DNA from: Trueperaceae bacterium
GTDB lineage: Bacteria > Deinococcota > Deinococci > Deinococcales > Trueperaceae
Direction of reading: 5' to 3'
Assembly (NCBI GenBank): GCA_965215565.1
Contig: CBDCDZ010000004.1
Span: 2,240,001 to 2,304,000, forward strand
Length of the DNA stretch: 64,000 nucleotides
Positions 49,985 through 59,315 of this stretch are shown here, in pieces. How positions within the stretch are numbered: the first letter of the stretch is position 1; each line of letters begins with the position of its first letter. The translations under genes and the position numbers were made by a program. The notes under the pieces were generated by a model. That model searched no databases. It was not told the DNA's origin and saw only the letters and a program-made list of their open reading frames with translations.

Positions 49985-50629
49985 TCATGCGTCCCTGGGC
50001 AAAAATAAATTCACTACCATCACCCAAGCAATCCCCATCGCTAAACCGCCGAAGATGTCGGTGGGGTAGTGCGCTTGAATGTAGAGCCTCGAGATCACAA
50101 TCCCTACCACGAGCAAGATGCTGAAAATCGCAAAAGGAACGCGGTATTGTGGCAACTTTCTGTCGATGATGAGGTAGAGTGCCAGATACAGCGCCATCCC
50201 GCTCGTCGCGTGCCCGCTCGGATAGGCGGGCGTCGAGGATGAGTGACCGGGCAGTGCCGGAAACATACCCGGACGCTCTCTACCGACGGCAAACTTCAGC
50301 GTCGCCGAAATCGCCGAGGCTCCCGCTAAACTGACAAAGAAAAAGAGGAGTTCGTCTTTGGCGAAGCGCCACAGCAGCAAGAGAATTACAGCAGCTATGC
50401 CAATACTCATCGGCACGCCGCCGATGAAGCTCACGGCTTCCATAAATATGGTTAGCGTAGGTCCGCGCATTTCGAAGAAGTAGCGCATGATGGGCGTCTC
50501 GAAGGCGAGCCGCCCATTGGTGAAGATGACCCAGACTGTAAAAGCAACGGCGGTGATGGCGTTGAAGATGAGGAAACTCCAGTAAATCCCGCATTGCGTT
50601 TTAGACGTATGAGATGACGATTCGACCAT
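49985..50629 (-). CDS. PAP2 family phosphatase
   Basis: KFAVGRERP, YPSGH, SRLYIQAHYPTD; AGGAGG SD before MVESS. Confidence 0.92.
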   Translation of the reverse strand: MVESSSHTSKTQCGIYWSFLIFNAITAVAFTVWVIFTNGRLAFETPIMRYFFEMRGPTLTIFMEAVSFIGGVPMSIGIAAVILLLLWRFAKDELLFFFVSLAGASAISATLKFAVGRERPGMFPALPGHSSSTPAYPSGHATSGMALYLALYLIIDRKLPQYRVPFAIFSILLVVGIVISRLYIQAHYPTDIFGGLAMGIAWVMVVNLFLPRDA

Positions 50630-50675
50630 GTTCTGCCCCTCCTGAGAACGACGCAATGATGGTTGAGTTTACCTC

Positions 50676-50697
50676 TACACCTCAGCGCTGAGGTGTA
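50676..50697. promoter_or_regulatory. Perfect 22-bp palindrome, putative operator
   Basis: TACACCTCAGCGCTGAGGTGTA between divergent PAP2 and mqnE. Confidence 0.5.
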
Positions 50698-50786
50698 CAT
50701 TTGTTGACTCCAAACAACGCTATTTGTGAAAGGTTGTGCAAGCTGCGCACCATCAGATTGTGCACCGCAAGACTATAATGAGGTCA

Positions 50787-51911
50787 ATGATTGCCGCGCT
50801 TAAAGACCTCTATATCAGCGACCCTAAGCTCGAGCCCCTAGCCGACAAGGTCTTAGAGGGCAAGCGCTTGACCTTTGACGAGGGCATGACCCTTTTCAGA
50901 ACGCACGACTTCCCTACCTTGGCTCGCTTAGCCGACATCGTGCGCGAGCGCAGAGTGGGCGATAAAGCGTATTACGTTCACTCTTTGCGCCTTTCTCAAA
51001 CCAATGTTTGCTACGTCGGCTGTACCTTCTGCGGCTTCCAGCGCAAGTTGGGCGAGGAGGGCGTCTGGGACATGGACCTAGAGGACGTGTGGGCGTACAT
51101 GGCGGAGCACCACCACCCCGAGCTAACTGAAATCCACATCTCCTCGGGGCATCACCCTAAGCGCAAATGGGACTATTACCTAGACCTCGTCGCCGGGCTC
51201 ACCGAGCGCGGCTACCAGGTCAAGGCGTGGACGGCGGCCGAGATTCACCACTTCACCAAGATCACGCGCCCGCGCAAGACGTATAAAGAGGTCTTGTCCG
51301 AGCTTAAAGAAGTCGGGCTCGTCGCGATGCCCGGCGGCGGCGCGGAAATCTTTGCTGAAGAGGTCAGGCGCAAGATTGCACGGGCGAAAGTGACGGCGGA
51401 AGGGTGGTTGGAGGTTCACCGCACCGCCCACGAACTTGGCATTCCGACGAACGCCACCATGCTCTACGGACACGTCGAGACCTTGGAGGACCGCATGGAC
51501 CATATGCTTAGGTTGCGCGAACTTCAAGACGAGTCCCCTGGCTTCTTCTCCTTCATCCCCTTAGCTTTTCAGCCCGACAACAACCCATTAGCCAAAGAAC
51601 TCAACAAGAGCGAGTTCACCACGGGCCTGGACGACCTGCGCAACTTAGCCGTCGCTCGCATCATGCTGGATAACTTCCCGCACATCAAGGGCTACTGGAT
51701 CATGATCACGCCCGAGTTGACCCAAGTGACCCTCTCGGCGGGCGTCTCGGACATCGACGGGACGATTAAAGACGAGCGCATCGCGCACGCATCGGGGGCG
51801 AGTACGGAGACGGGCATGACCGAAGCGGAGCTGATTCGGCTCATCAAGGATGCGGGGCGGGTGCCGGTGAAGCGGGATGCGCTTTATAACGAGTTAGAAG
51901 TTCACGCCTGA
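50787..51911 (+). CDS. mqnE: Aminofutalosine synthase (radical SAM)
   Basis: TNVCYVGCTFC; PGGGAEIF; NATMLYGH; DNFPHIKGYW; TATAAT 7 nt before ATG. Confidence 0.92.
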   Translation: MIAALKDLYISDPKLEPLADKVLEGKRLTFDEGMTLFRTHDFPTLARLADIVRERRVGDKAYYVHSLRLSQTNVCYVGCTFCGFQRKLGEEGVWDMDLEDVWAYMAEHHHPELTEIHISSGHHPKRKWDYYLDLVAGLTERGYQVKAWTAAEIHHFTKITRPRKTYKEVLSELKEVGLVAMPGGGAEIFAEEVRRKIARAKVTAEGWLEVHRTAHELGIPTNATMLYGHVETLEDRMDHMLRLRELQDESPGFFSFIPLAFQPDNNPLAKELNKSEFTTGLDDLRNLAVARIMLDNFPHIKGYWIMITPELTQVTLSAGVSDIDGTIKDERIAHASGASTETGMTEAELIRLIKDAGRVPVKRDALYNELEVHA

Positions 51912-52295
51912 ATGACCTTAGAGCTTCTCCCCACCTCTCTCGCCGTCTGCCACCTACCTGCTGACGCCCAACTTCCCACGTGGATTTCCGGCGACTTCCA
52001 AAGCGTCACGCGAACGCCCGAAGAACTCTCAATTATCTGTGACGCGAAAGAGGTTCCCGAAGAGGTGCAAGCTGAAAGAGGTTGGCGCGGGTTGCGGGTT
52101 GCGGGAACGCTCGAGTTTTACCTCACGGGAATTTTAGCCTCACTAGCCTCACCTCTTGCTAAAGCGGGTATCAGCATCTTTGCGCTGTCAACTTTCGACA
52201 CGGATTACCTCTTGGTCAAAGAGGACGTGCTCGAGCCCGCCATTCAAACCCTAAAAGCTGAGGGACATGAAATCATCCAAGAGGTCAGCGCGTGA
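51912..52295 (+). CDS. ACT domain-containing protein
   Basis: SVTRTPEELSIIC; LTGILA; STFDTDYLLV. Confidence 0.88.
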   Translation: MTLELLPTSLAVCHLPADAQLPTWISGDFQSVTRTPEELSIICDAKEVPEEVQAERGWRGLRVAGTLEFYLTGILASLASPLAKAGISIFALSTFDTDYLLVKEDVLEPAIQTLKAEGHEIIQEVSA

Positions 52296-53134
52296 ATCTC
52301 TCGAACCTCTTACCCGAAGCGCGGCAGACGAGTAAGACCGTGGAGCGTCTAGGCATCGTCTCGTATACGAACGTCGCACCGCTGCACTGGGGTTTGGAAC
52401 CCTGGCGCGGTGCGGAATTCGTGCGCGGCGTACCGACGGAACTCAACCGGATGCTCTTAGGCGGCGACATTGACTTGACGCTCATCTCGAGCTACGAGTT
52501 CTTGCGCCGTAGTGACGAACTCAAGGCGTTACCGGACTTCTCCATCTCAACCCTCGGACCTGTTTATAGCGTGATGCTCTTTCACTGGGAGCCGTGGGAT
52601 GACCTCTCGGGCAAGCGCATCGCTCTAACGACGGATTCCGCGACGAGCGTGCAGCTTCTGAAAGTTTTGCTGAAAGAGTCGGGTATCGACGCTGAATTCG
52701 TGGCGATGGAGCCAGATTTAGACCTTATGCTAGAACAGTGCGACGCCGCGCTGCTCATCGGCGATAGTGCGCTGATTGAGGCGGTGGAGCCGCGTCAAAT
52801 TAGCGGGAGAACACCTCTCGTCACCGACTTGGGCGAAGCCTGGTATGCGCTGACCCGCTTGCCCTTTACCTTCGCGGTGTGGGCGTCGCGCAAGGATAAT
52901 CCGCCTTCGGAGAAACTCGTGTCGGAGTTGCGCCGCGCTCGTGAGGCTGGGCTCGGCCAGCTTGCTGAGGTTGCGAGAGCCGAAGCGGACCATCTCGGGC
53001 TGTCACCGCTCGTCATCCAGCGCTACTTGAATAACTTCCGCTACTACTTGGAGCCGCCTGACCGCGACGGGCTCACAACTTTTGCGCAGAAGAGTTTAGA
53101 TAGAGAGGTCGATCCTCAATTTTGGACATTCTGA
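52292..53134 (+). CDS. mqnA: Menaquinone biosynthesis protein, chorismate dehydratase
   Basis: SYTNVAP, GPVYSV, SATSV, LLIGD, DLGEAW...LPFTFAVW. Confidence 0.9.
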   Translation: MNLSNLLPEARQTSKTVERLGIVSYTNVAPLHWGLEPWRGAEFVRGVPTELNRMLLGGDIDLTLISSYEFLRRSDELKALPDFSISTLGPVYSVMLFHWEPWDDLSGKRIALTTDSATSVQLLKVLLKESGIDAEFVAMEPDLDLMLEQCDAALLIGDSALIEAVEPRQISGRTPLVTDLGEAWYALTRLPFTFAVWASRKDNPPSEKLVSELRRAREAGLGQLAEVARAEADHLGLSPLVIQRYLNNFRYYLEPPDRDGLTTFAQKSLDREVDPQFWTF

Positions 53135-53150
53135 TAGACCGATGAAGAGT

Positions 53151-53744
53151 CTACAGGAGCGTCCGGCTCATCACGTTTCGCTCGAACTGCTCGGCCCGCT
53201 CAGGGTCAGGTATCTTGGCTTTCATCATCTCGATGGCTTCGCCTATGCCTGAGGCTTGCGCCAAGACGTTGCGGCAGACAATGCTCGCCATCGGTCCGAT
53301 GTGCTCGGCTAGGGCGTCCTCGAACGCGATTTTAGCGACGGTAGAAAATTCGAAGGGCGCGTCGCTCGGCGCAACCGGCGTCGCGGGTTCGGCGCTCGGC
53401 GCAGCGCTAGCTGTGGACGGCTGCGTGGGCGCTGCAGCGGCGGCTTGCCCCAACTGCGCAAAAATCTCCTCATTGCTAGGCAGCGCGGCTGCCTCGTTGC
53501 CCGCGCTCTGTCCCTCGTCAAAGTTGCACTGACCCACTCGAATTTGCTTCACGAGACCGAGCGCGTCTAGCCCACGCTTGATGCGGTAGCGAATGGCGAC
53601 GATGCGCCCCGCCTCCAGGCCGAACTGCGCGGTGTGGTTGTTGCCGGTAATAATGCGTAAGACGCCCGTGCGCTCCTCTTCGCAAAGCGCTTTAAGCACC
53701 TGGACAATCTGCTGAAGCGGAAGGTGGGTTTTGTTCGGAATCAT
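53151..53744 (-). CDS. DUF4388/PatA-N-like domain protein with C-terminal IGPMA helical domain
   Basis: L..LCEEERTGVLRI...FGLEAGRIV...GLDAL...NFDEG; Ala/Pro linker; LAEHIGPMASIV. Confidence 0.65.
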   Translation of the reverse strand: MIPNKTHLPLQQIVQVLKALCEEERTGVLRIITGNNHTAQFGLEAGRIVAIRYRIKRGLDALGLVKQIRVGQCNFDEGQSAGNEAAALPSNEEIFAQLGQAAAAAPTQPSTASAAPSAEPATPVAPSDAPFEFSTVAKIAFEDALAEHIGPMASIVCRNVLAQASGIGEAIEMMKAKIPDPERAEQFERNVMSRTLL

Positions 53745-53760
53745 AAAGTCTCCCACGCCG

Positions 53761-53799
53761 GAGACCTCTTTAACAACACCCTTAGGTTCAAGAGGTCTC
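53761..53799. other. Inverted repeat between two co-directional genes
   Basis: GAGACCTCTT...AAGAGGTCTC. Confidence 0.45.
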
Positions 53800-53818
53800 T
53801 TAGGTTAGACAGAGCCCC

Positions 53819-55219
53819 TTAGCGGGCCTCCTGTGAGGCGTTAAGCTCTTCGAACGCCATCTTGATGCTGACGCCCATGCGCTCGACGGCGCGAGCTAGC
53901 GTACCGATTTCGTCGCCGCGTTTCGTCTCGCGAATCTCTTCACCGAGTTCACCCCGACTTATATTCTCAGCCGCTTTAGTCAGACTCTGGATAGGCTCAA
54001 CCAAGCGGCGAGCCATAAGCGACGCGACGATAACGACGAAGAGCACCGTGCCGATGAGCAAAAAGAGCGCGTTGCGCTCAGCGGCGCGGAGCCCTGCAAA
54101 GGCTTCGGCGTAGTCTTGTTGCACGATGAGCGTCCAACCGAGGTCAGTCGTTGCGGTGCGGGCGACGACCTCTTTGCCGCCCTGTTCAAAGACGACTTGT
54201 TGACCGGCGGGCGCGGCTAGAGCGGGGTAGTTGCTCAAGTCTTGCAAGGTTTCAGTGATGAGTTCGGGGCGTCCGTGAGCAATGGCTTGACCCGTTTCAC
54301 CGAGCAAGATAGCGTAACCTGTTTTGCCGATGCTCGCGGCTGTAATGGTGTTAGAGACATCCTCGAGGTGTGAGGCGAACGCGAGCACGCCACCGAACGC
54401 TCCGTTATCCTCCTGGATAGGTCCTGAAAGGATGAGCGCGGGCTTACCCGACGAGCGCCCAATAAGCACTTGCTGACCGATAGGCTCACCTTGCGCAACC
54501 TGCTGGAAGTACTGCCTGTCGCCGTAAAACCTGAGCGACCCACCGTCACTACGTCCGACGTTGTTGCCCTCGGCGTCCATCGTAAAGATGAGGTACGTCC
54601 AGTCATACGTGTTGTTAATGCTCTCTAAAATCGGGTTTTGCTCGCCCGCCTGCATCGACTTCATCCCGTTCAAGCTCGCGTTCTGCTCGATAACGCTCAA
54701 GTTGGTGCTAATCCAAGCGTCGACCTCGCCCGCGAGTTCGTCCGCAGTTTGGCGCAAGCTCGCCTCGGTTGCCGCTCGCGCTTCGGCGCGCGCCTGTGCG
54801 TTGGTAATGAACCAGAGCGCACCCAAAGGCACGAGCGACACCAGGAACATGGTCAAGAGCACTTGTGGAAAGATTTTGAAGCCGCCCTTAGACCCGCTTG
54901 CTTTAGCCTCTTTCGCTGCTTTCGCCGACTTGCCGCTGCCGATGAGTTTGGCGATATTGGGCAAGTCAGCGCCGCCTTCGTCCGTGATTTGGCTCGACGC
55001 GAACGAGACGATGGGCGAAGGCAGCGTGCTCATCATGTCCACAGCCGCTTTGCCGTTTAAGTTGCCGTATTCCGCCTTGACAAGTCTTCCTTTGAGCACG
55101 TGCAGCGTGCCGTAGACCTGCTTTGCGCCCTCTTTGCCCGTGACGGACAAAAATCCTGTCGCCTTTTGCTTGCGCGCCTTTTGCAGCGCTTTGCGAAATT
55201 CCTCTGACCTGACTGCCAT
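53819..55219 (-). CDS. Membrane receptor: DUF4388-like, TM, dCache, TM, HAMP; no catalytic output domain
   Basis: KATGFLSV..LHVLKGRLVKAEY; DRQYFQQ...SSGKPALIL Cache; PIQSLTKAAENISRGEL..DEIGTLARA HAMP; stops shortly after HAMP. Confidence 0.75.
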   Translation of the reverse strand: MAVRSEEFRKALQKARKQKATGFLSVTGKEGAKQVYGTLHVLKGRLVKAEYGNLNGKAAVDMMSTLPSPIVSFASSQITDEGGADLPNIAKLIGSGKSAKAAKEAKASGSKGGFKIFPQVLLTMFLVSLVPLGALWFITNAQARAEARAATEASLRQTADELAGEVDAWISTNLSVIEQNASLNGMKSMQAGEQNPILESINNTYDWTYLIFTMDAEGNNVGRSDGGSLRFYGDRQYFQQVAQGEPIGQQVLIGRSSGKPALILSGPIQEDNGAFGGVLAFASHLEDVSNTITAASIGKTGYAILLGETGQAIAHGRPELITETLQDLSNYPALAAPAGQQVVFEQGGKEVVARTATTDLGWTLIVQQDYAEAFAGLRAAERNALFLLIGTVLFVVIVASLMARRLVEPIQSLTKAAENISRGELGEEIRETKRGDEIGTLARAVERMGVSIKMAFEELNASQEAR

Positions 55220-55409
55220 AATGTTCTCCTCTAATCTCTAGGGTGGAAATGTGCGGTTTGCCTCTAGGCGATAGTAAGGTGACAAGATTGAGTGGCGTCG
55301 GAAGAATTTCGCACGTAACGCAGCGGTGTGAATTCTCCTACTTTAAGTCCACTGACAAATTCTGCTAGCGGCACGGACCGCTTCGCCGTCAGCGCCTATG
55401 ATGAGCGAT

Positions 55410-56126
55410 ATGCCCACCCTCACCGATATCCGCACGTTTTTGAGTCTCTACCTCTCCGCCGAGCGCTTCGGCGACGACCAAAACGGAATCTACCGAGCGT
55501 CAAATGAAGCGTTAGGTAGACCTGTCAAGCGTGTAGGACTGCTGCTCGAGCCCTTCCCCAAACTCGCCGATTGGACGAAGAAGAACCGCTTGGACGCCCT
55601 TTTCATCCACCGCCCTTGGAAGTTGGAGAAGATGAAGCTGCCCGCTGAAGAGATAGGCATCTTGGCGTACCACTATGCGTTCGACGAGCTTTTGACAACA
55701 GGCTACAACCCGCGCTTGGCGGATATTTTGTTGATGGAAGGGCTCGAGGTCCTAGGGCACAAGGAGGGCAGACCTTTGGGCATGATAGGCGACGTTCCCA
55801 AGGTCAAGTTAGAAACCTTTCATGCGCAAGTTGAAGAGGTCTTCGGCGGTTTAGAGGGCGCTTATCTCGAGGCGGAACCCGGCAAAGAGGTCACGCGGGT
55901 TTGCGTCGTCGGGGCGATGCGCGACACGCTCGTCCACGAAGCGCATGAACGCGGCGCGAACGTCTATCTCACCGGGCAGTATAGAGATCACGCGCAAAAA
56001 GCCGTGGACGACACGAGCATGAATATCTTAGAGATAGGGCACGAGCGCTGCGAAAGGTGGGGCTTGCGGGCGTTAGCGGGTGTGCTGCGAGAAAGGTACG
56101 CCGACCTCTTCGTCACCGTGAGGTGA
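55410..56126 (+). CDS. Nif3-like dinuclear metal center protein
   Basis: ALFIHRP, YHYAFD, YLTGQ, GHERCE. Confidence 0.8.
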   Translation: MPTLTDIRTFLSLYLSAERFGDDQNGIYRASNEALGRPVKRVGLLLEPFPKLADWTKKNRLDALFIHRPWKLEKMKLPAEEIGILAYHYAFDELLTTGYNPRLADILLMEGLEVLGHKEGRPLGMIGDVPKVKLETFHAQVEEVFGGLEGAYLEAEPGKEVTRVCVVGAMRDTLVHEAHERGANVYLTGQYRDHAQKAVDDTSMNILEIGHERCERWGLRALAGVLRERYADLFVTVR

Positions 56127-56204
56127 ACATTCGCCCGCGCTGCCGACGCCCCCGGAGCACCCTCGGCGCGTGTTACGCTCTTTCGCAACGTCTCCCCGAG
56201 GAGG

Positions 56205-56816
56205 TTGAGCGTGGCATATGTAGTGATCGAAGGTCCCATCGGCGCAGGCAAAACGAGCTTGGCGCGGCTCCTCTCCGAGCAGTTGCAAGCGCGGCTCGTT
56301 CTAGAGGTAGTCGAAGAAAACCCCTTTCTGGCGTCCTTCTACGAGGACCCAGGGCGCTACGCCTTTAGCGCCCAGACCTTTTTTCTTTTATCCCGCTACA
56401 AGCAGCTTCAAGACTTAGCCCAAGGCGCACTCTTTTTCGAGCACACGGTGAGCGACTACCTCTTCGACAAAGACTTCATCTTCGCGTCTCTAAACCTCCG
56501 AGGGGACGAGTGGGCTCTCTACAGGGAGCTTTACGGGCAGCTCAAACCCAAACTGCCCCAACCCGACTTGACCGTCTACCTTCGCGCCGCGCCCGACCTC
56601 TTGTTACAGCGCATCGCTAAGAGAGGTCGCCCGTTCGAAAAGGATATTGGGGCGAGCTACCTCCGCGCTCTAGGAACAGCGTACGACGACCTCTTCGAGC
56701 ATTACGGCGCGCCGCTCCACACCGTCGAAGCGGCGGCGTACGATTTCGTGGAACGTGAGCCGGACCGTCAGAGGTTGGTAGAGGATATTTTGCAGTTGGT
56801 AGAGCAGCGTGTTTAG
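56205..56816 (+). CDS. Deoxynucleoside kinase
   Basis: IEGPIGAGKTSL; FFLLSRY; RIAKRGR. Confidence 0.92.
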   Translation: MSVAYVVIEGPIGAGKTSLARLLSEQLQARLVLEVVEENPFLASFYEDPGRYAFSAQTFFLLSRYKQLQDLAQGALFFEHTVSDYLFDKDFIFASLNLRGDEWALYRELYGQLKPKLPQPDLTVYLRAAPDLLLQRIAKRGRPFEKDIGASYLRALGTAYDDLFEHYGAPLHTVEAAAYDFVEREPDRQRLVEDILQLVEQRV

Positions 56817-56911
56817 CGCGCCGCAGTTTAACCGCGCGTGGCTCGAGTTCGCCGAACGGTAGCCTCGAGCATGACTCAGGCATTTTCCCTTCAGCTAGGT
56901 TCCGTCTAACT

Positions 56912-57550
56912 ATGTACGTCGCGGTTGCAGGCAACATCGGCGTCGGCAAGTCGAGCCTCACGGCGCGCTTGGCGGAGCGCTACGCTTTAGAGCCTGTCTA
57001 CGAGGCGGTGGACGAGAACCCTTACCTCGAGGATTTTTACAAGGACATGGCGCGCTACGCCTTTCACTCGCAAATTTTTTTCCTCTCGCGCCGCTTGGAG
57101 CAGCACTTAGCGCGGGTCAACCCGGGCAGCCGCGTCATTCAAGACCGCACGATCTACGAGGACGCTGGCGTGTTCGCCCGCAACCTCTTCGAAGAGGGCG
57201 TTATGGACGCCCGCGACTTCGGGAGCTACCGCGCCATGTACGACGCCATTCGCCGCACACTTAAAGCGCCTGATCTGCTCATCTACCTGCGCTCGAGCGT
57301 CCCCACCTTGCAGCGCCACATCGAGCAGCGCGGGCGAGACTACGAAGCTACGATTCAACCCAGCTATTTAGAGAGGCTGAACCGACTCTATGACGAGTGG
57401 ATAGGAGCGTACGACCTCTCGCCCAAACTCACCTTGGACGCCGACAAGCTCGACTTTGTGAACCGGAGCGAGGATTTGCAAGAGGTCATGAGGAGACTGG
57501 AGCCCTACGGCTTGACCTCGCCTATTCTTGGCAGTTCCAGAACATACTGA
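56912..57550 (+). CDS. Deoxynucleoside kinase
   Basis: AGNIGVGKSS; QDRTIYED; RGRDYE. Confidence 0.93.
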   Translation: MYVAVAGNIGVGKSSLTARLAERYALEPVYEAVDENPYLEDFYKDMARYAFHSQIFFLSRRLEQHLARVNPGSRVIQDRTIYEDAGVFARNLFEEGVMDARDFGSYRAMYDAIRRTLKAPDLLIYLRSSVPTLQRHIEQRGRDYEATIQPSYLERLNRLYDEWIGAYDLSPKLTLDADKLDFVNRSEDLQEVMRRLEPYGLTSPILGSSRTY

Positions 57551-57639
57551 GATGGATGAGCGCAGATATCATTCCTGAATGTGCGTGCTGGACAGTGTTT
57601 TCTACAGTGAGAGTGTCTGAGACCAGATGATACCTGCTA
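57529..57639 (-). mobile_element. MITE-like repeat, family A (diverged copy overlapping the kinase 3' end)
   Basis: GCGCAGATATC...AATGTGCGTGCT...ACCAGATGATACCTGCTA matches the 14661 and 44634 copies. Confidence 0.65.
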
Positions 57640-57658
57640 TCTACCGTAAAGTAGAGAG

Positions 57659-59143
57659 GTGAACCTTCGTGACCTCTTACGAGCCTCGGGCTTGGCCGCA
57701 CCCGAGCGAGACTCGAACCCTACAGTAAGCGGTGTCGTCCAAGATACCAGGAACGCGGAAGAACCGGGCTTCGTCTTCGTCGCCCGGCGCGGGGAGGCGT
57801 TTGACGGCTATCAGTTTGCGGCTAAAGCGGTGCAACTCGGCGCGGTCGCCGTCGTGGGTGAGGCGTCTGAAGAGGAGACCCGGCACACCTCTTGGTCCGA
57901 AAAAGTCCCACACGTTCACGTTCAAAACGACAAGGTTGCCGTCGCGAAGCTTGCGGCGGCGTTTTACGGGCGTCCGTCGGCGTCGCTTTTCACGCTAGGG
58001 GTCACAGGTACGGACGGCAAGACAACGACCGCTTACCTGCTCCATCACCTCTTGTCGGGGAGCCACAAGACCGGGCTTCTCTCGACGGCGGGCGTGAGGT
58101 TAGGGGGCGAGCGGCTCGTTTCTGAAGGTCACTTCACCACCCCCGAAGCGCCCCAGGTTCAGAGCGTTCTCGCCCAGTTTCGTGACGGTGGCTGCTCGCA
58201 CGCCGTCATCGAGTCGAGTTCGCACGGCTTCGCGCTGCGCCGCTTGGATGAGGTGGACTACGACGTCGGCGTGTGGACGAACCTCTCACCGGAGCACCTG
58301 GACTATCACAAGACGTTTGAAGCGTACCGGGGCGCTAAAGCAAGCTTGATGCGCCGCGCCGCGGTGAGCGTGCTGAACGCGGACGAGCCCGAGTTTTCCT
58401 ACTTCGCGGGTCAAGCTAAAGAGGTCATCAGCTACGGGGCAAACGCGGAGGCGGACTACCGGGCGGTGGACGTCCGCGAGGCGGCGGGGCGCTTGACGTG
58501 GGGGCTCGAGACTGAGGGCAGGAGCTTCAAAGCTGCCTTGCCGATGATCGGGCGTTACAACGTCCATAACGCGCTAGCAGCGCTCGCAGCGGCGCAGCGG
58601 ACCGGGCTCGAGATAGAAACACTGCTCGAGAGGTTGGCCACCTTTCCTGGCGTCCCCGGACGGATGCAGCTCGTCCAGCGTCAACCCTTCGCCGTCGTCG
58701 TGGACTTTGCCCACACCGCGCCCGCGTTGGAAAAAGCGCTGCGCGCCGTTCGCCCGCAAACCGCAGGGCGGCTCATCGCCCTAGTCGGGGCGGCGGGCGA
58801 ACGCGACCCCGGCAAGCGTGCGCCCTTGGGACGTGTGGCGGCGCAGCACGCCGATATTGCGATCTTCACCGAAGAGGACTCGCGCTCGGAAGACGCTGGG
58901 GTGATTTTGGCGGAGATGGCGCGGGGCGCGGAAGAGGTCAGTGCGGCGCGCGGTGAAGTCTGGCTCGAGCCTGAGCGCCGCGCGGCCATTCAAAGAGCGG
59001 TGCGCCTCGCGCAACCCGGCGATCTCATCCTGCTGGCGGGAAAAGGTCATGAGACGACGCTCGAGCGCAAGGACGAAACCATCCCCTGGGATGAGGTAGC
59101 GGAGGCGCGGCGGGCGCTGTCTGAACGCGGTACTCTCACCTAA
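57659..59143 (+). CDS. murE: UDP-MurNAc-L-Ala-D-Glu--diamino acid ligase
   Basis: GVTGTDGKTT, TTPE, ESSSHG, EHLDYH, VPGRM, DFAHT, AGKGHE. Confidence 0.95.
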   Translation: MNLRDLLRASGLAAPERDSNPTVSGVVQDTRNAEEPGFVFVARRGEAFDGYQFAAKAVQLGAVAVVGEASEEETRHTSWSEKVPHVHVQNDKVAVAKLAAAFYGRPSASLFTLGVTGTDGKTTTAYLLHHLLSGSHKTGLLSTAGVRLGGERLVSEGHFTTPEAPQVQSVLAQFRDGGCSHAVIESSSHGFALRRLDEVDYDVGVWTNLSPEHLDYHKTFEAYRGAKASLMRRAAVSVLNADEPEFSYFAGQAKEVISYGANAEADYRAVDVREAAGRLTWGLETEGRSFKAALPMIGRYNVHNALAALAAAQRTGLEIETLLERLATFPGVPGRMQLVQRQPFAVVVDFAHTAPALEKALRAVRPQTAGRLIALVGAAGERDPGKRAPLGRVAAQHADIAIFTEEDSRSEDAGVILAEMARGAEEVSAARGEVWLEPERRAAIQRAVRLAQPGDLILLAGKGHETTLERKDETIPWDEVAEARRALSERGTLT

Positions 59144-59273
59144 CGTAGGTGCATCTCATCCGCGCTCGTCCTTCCGCCCCTATAATTCCCTACCTCTCGG
59201 TGCGCCGAACACCGGCGGCGTCGGCTCAATGATCTATTCAATTCTGTTTTACGGCTTCACTTAAAGGAGGGTG

Positions 59274-59315
59274 ATGAACGCTAATCTGATGAACTGCCTG
59301 GGGGTTCATTCATGA
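59274..59315 (+). CDS. Putative 13-aa upstream ORF MNANLMNCLGVHS
   Basis: AAGGAGG at 59264-59270; stop overlaps the antiporter start (ATGA). Confidence 0.35.
   Translation: MNANLMNCLGVHS

Noticed and set aside
59144..59311. Fluoride riboswitch before the antiporter
   Set aside because: GTGATG...CTGATGA is only a partial resemblance; the P1 and pseudoknot pairings are not evident.
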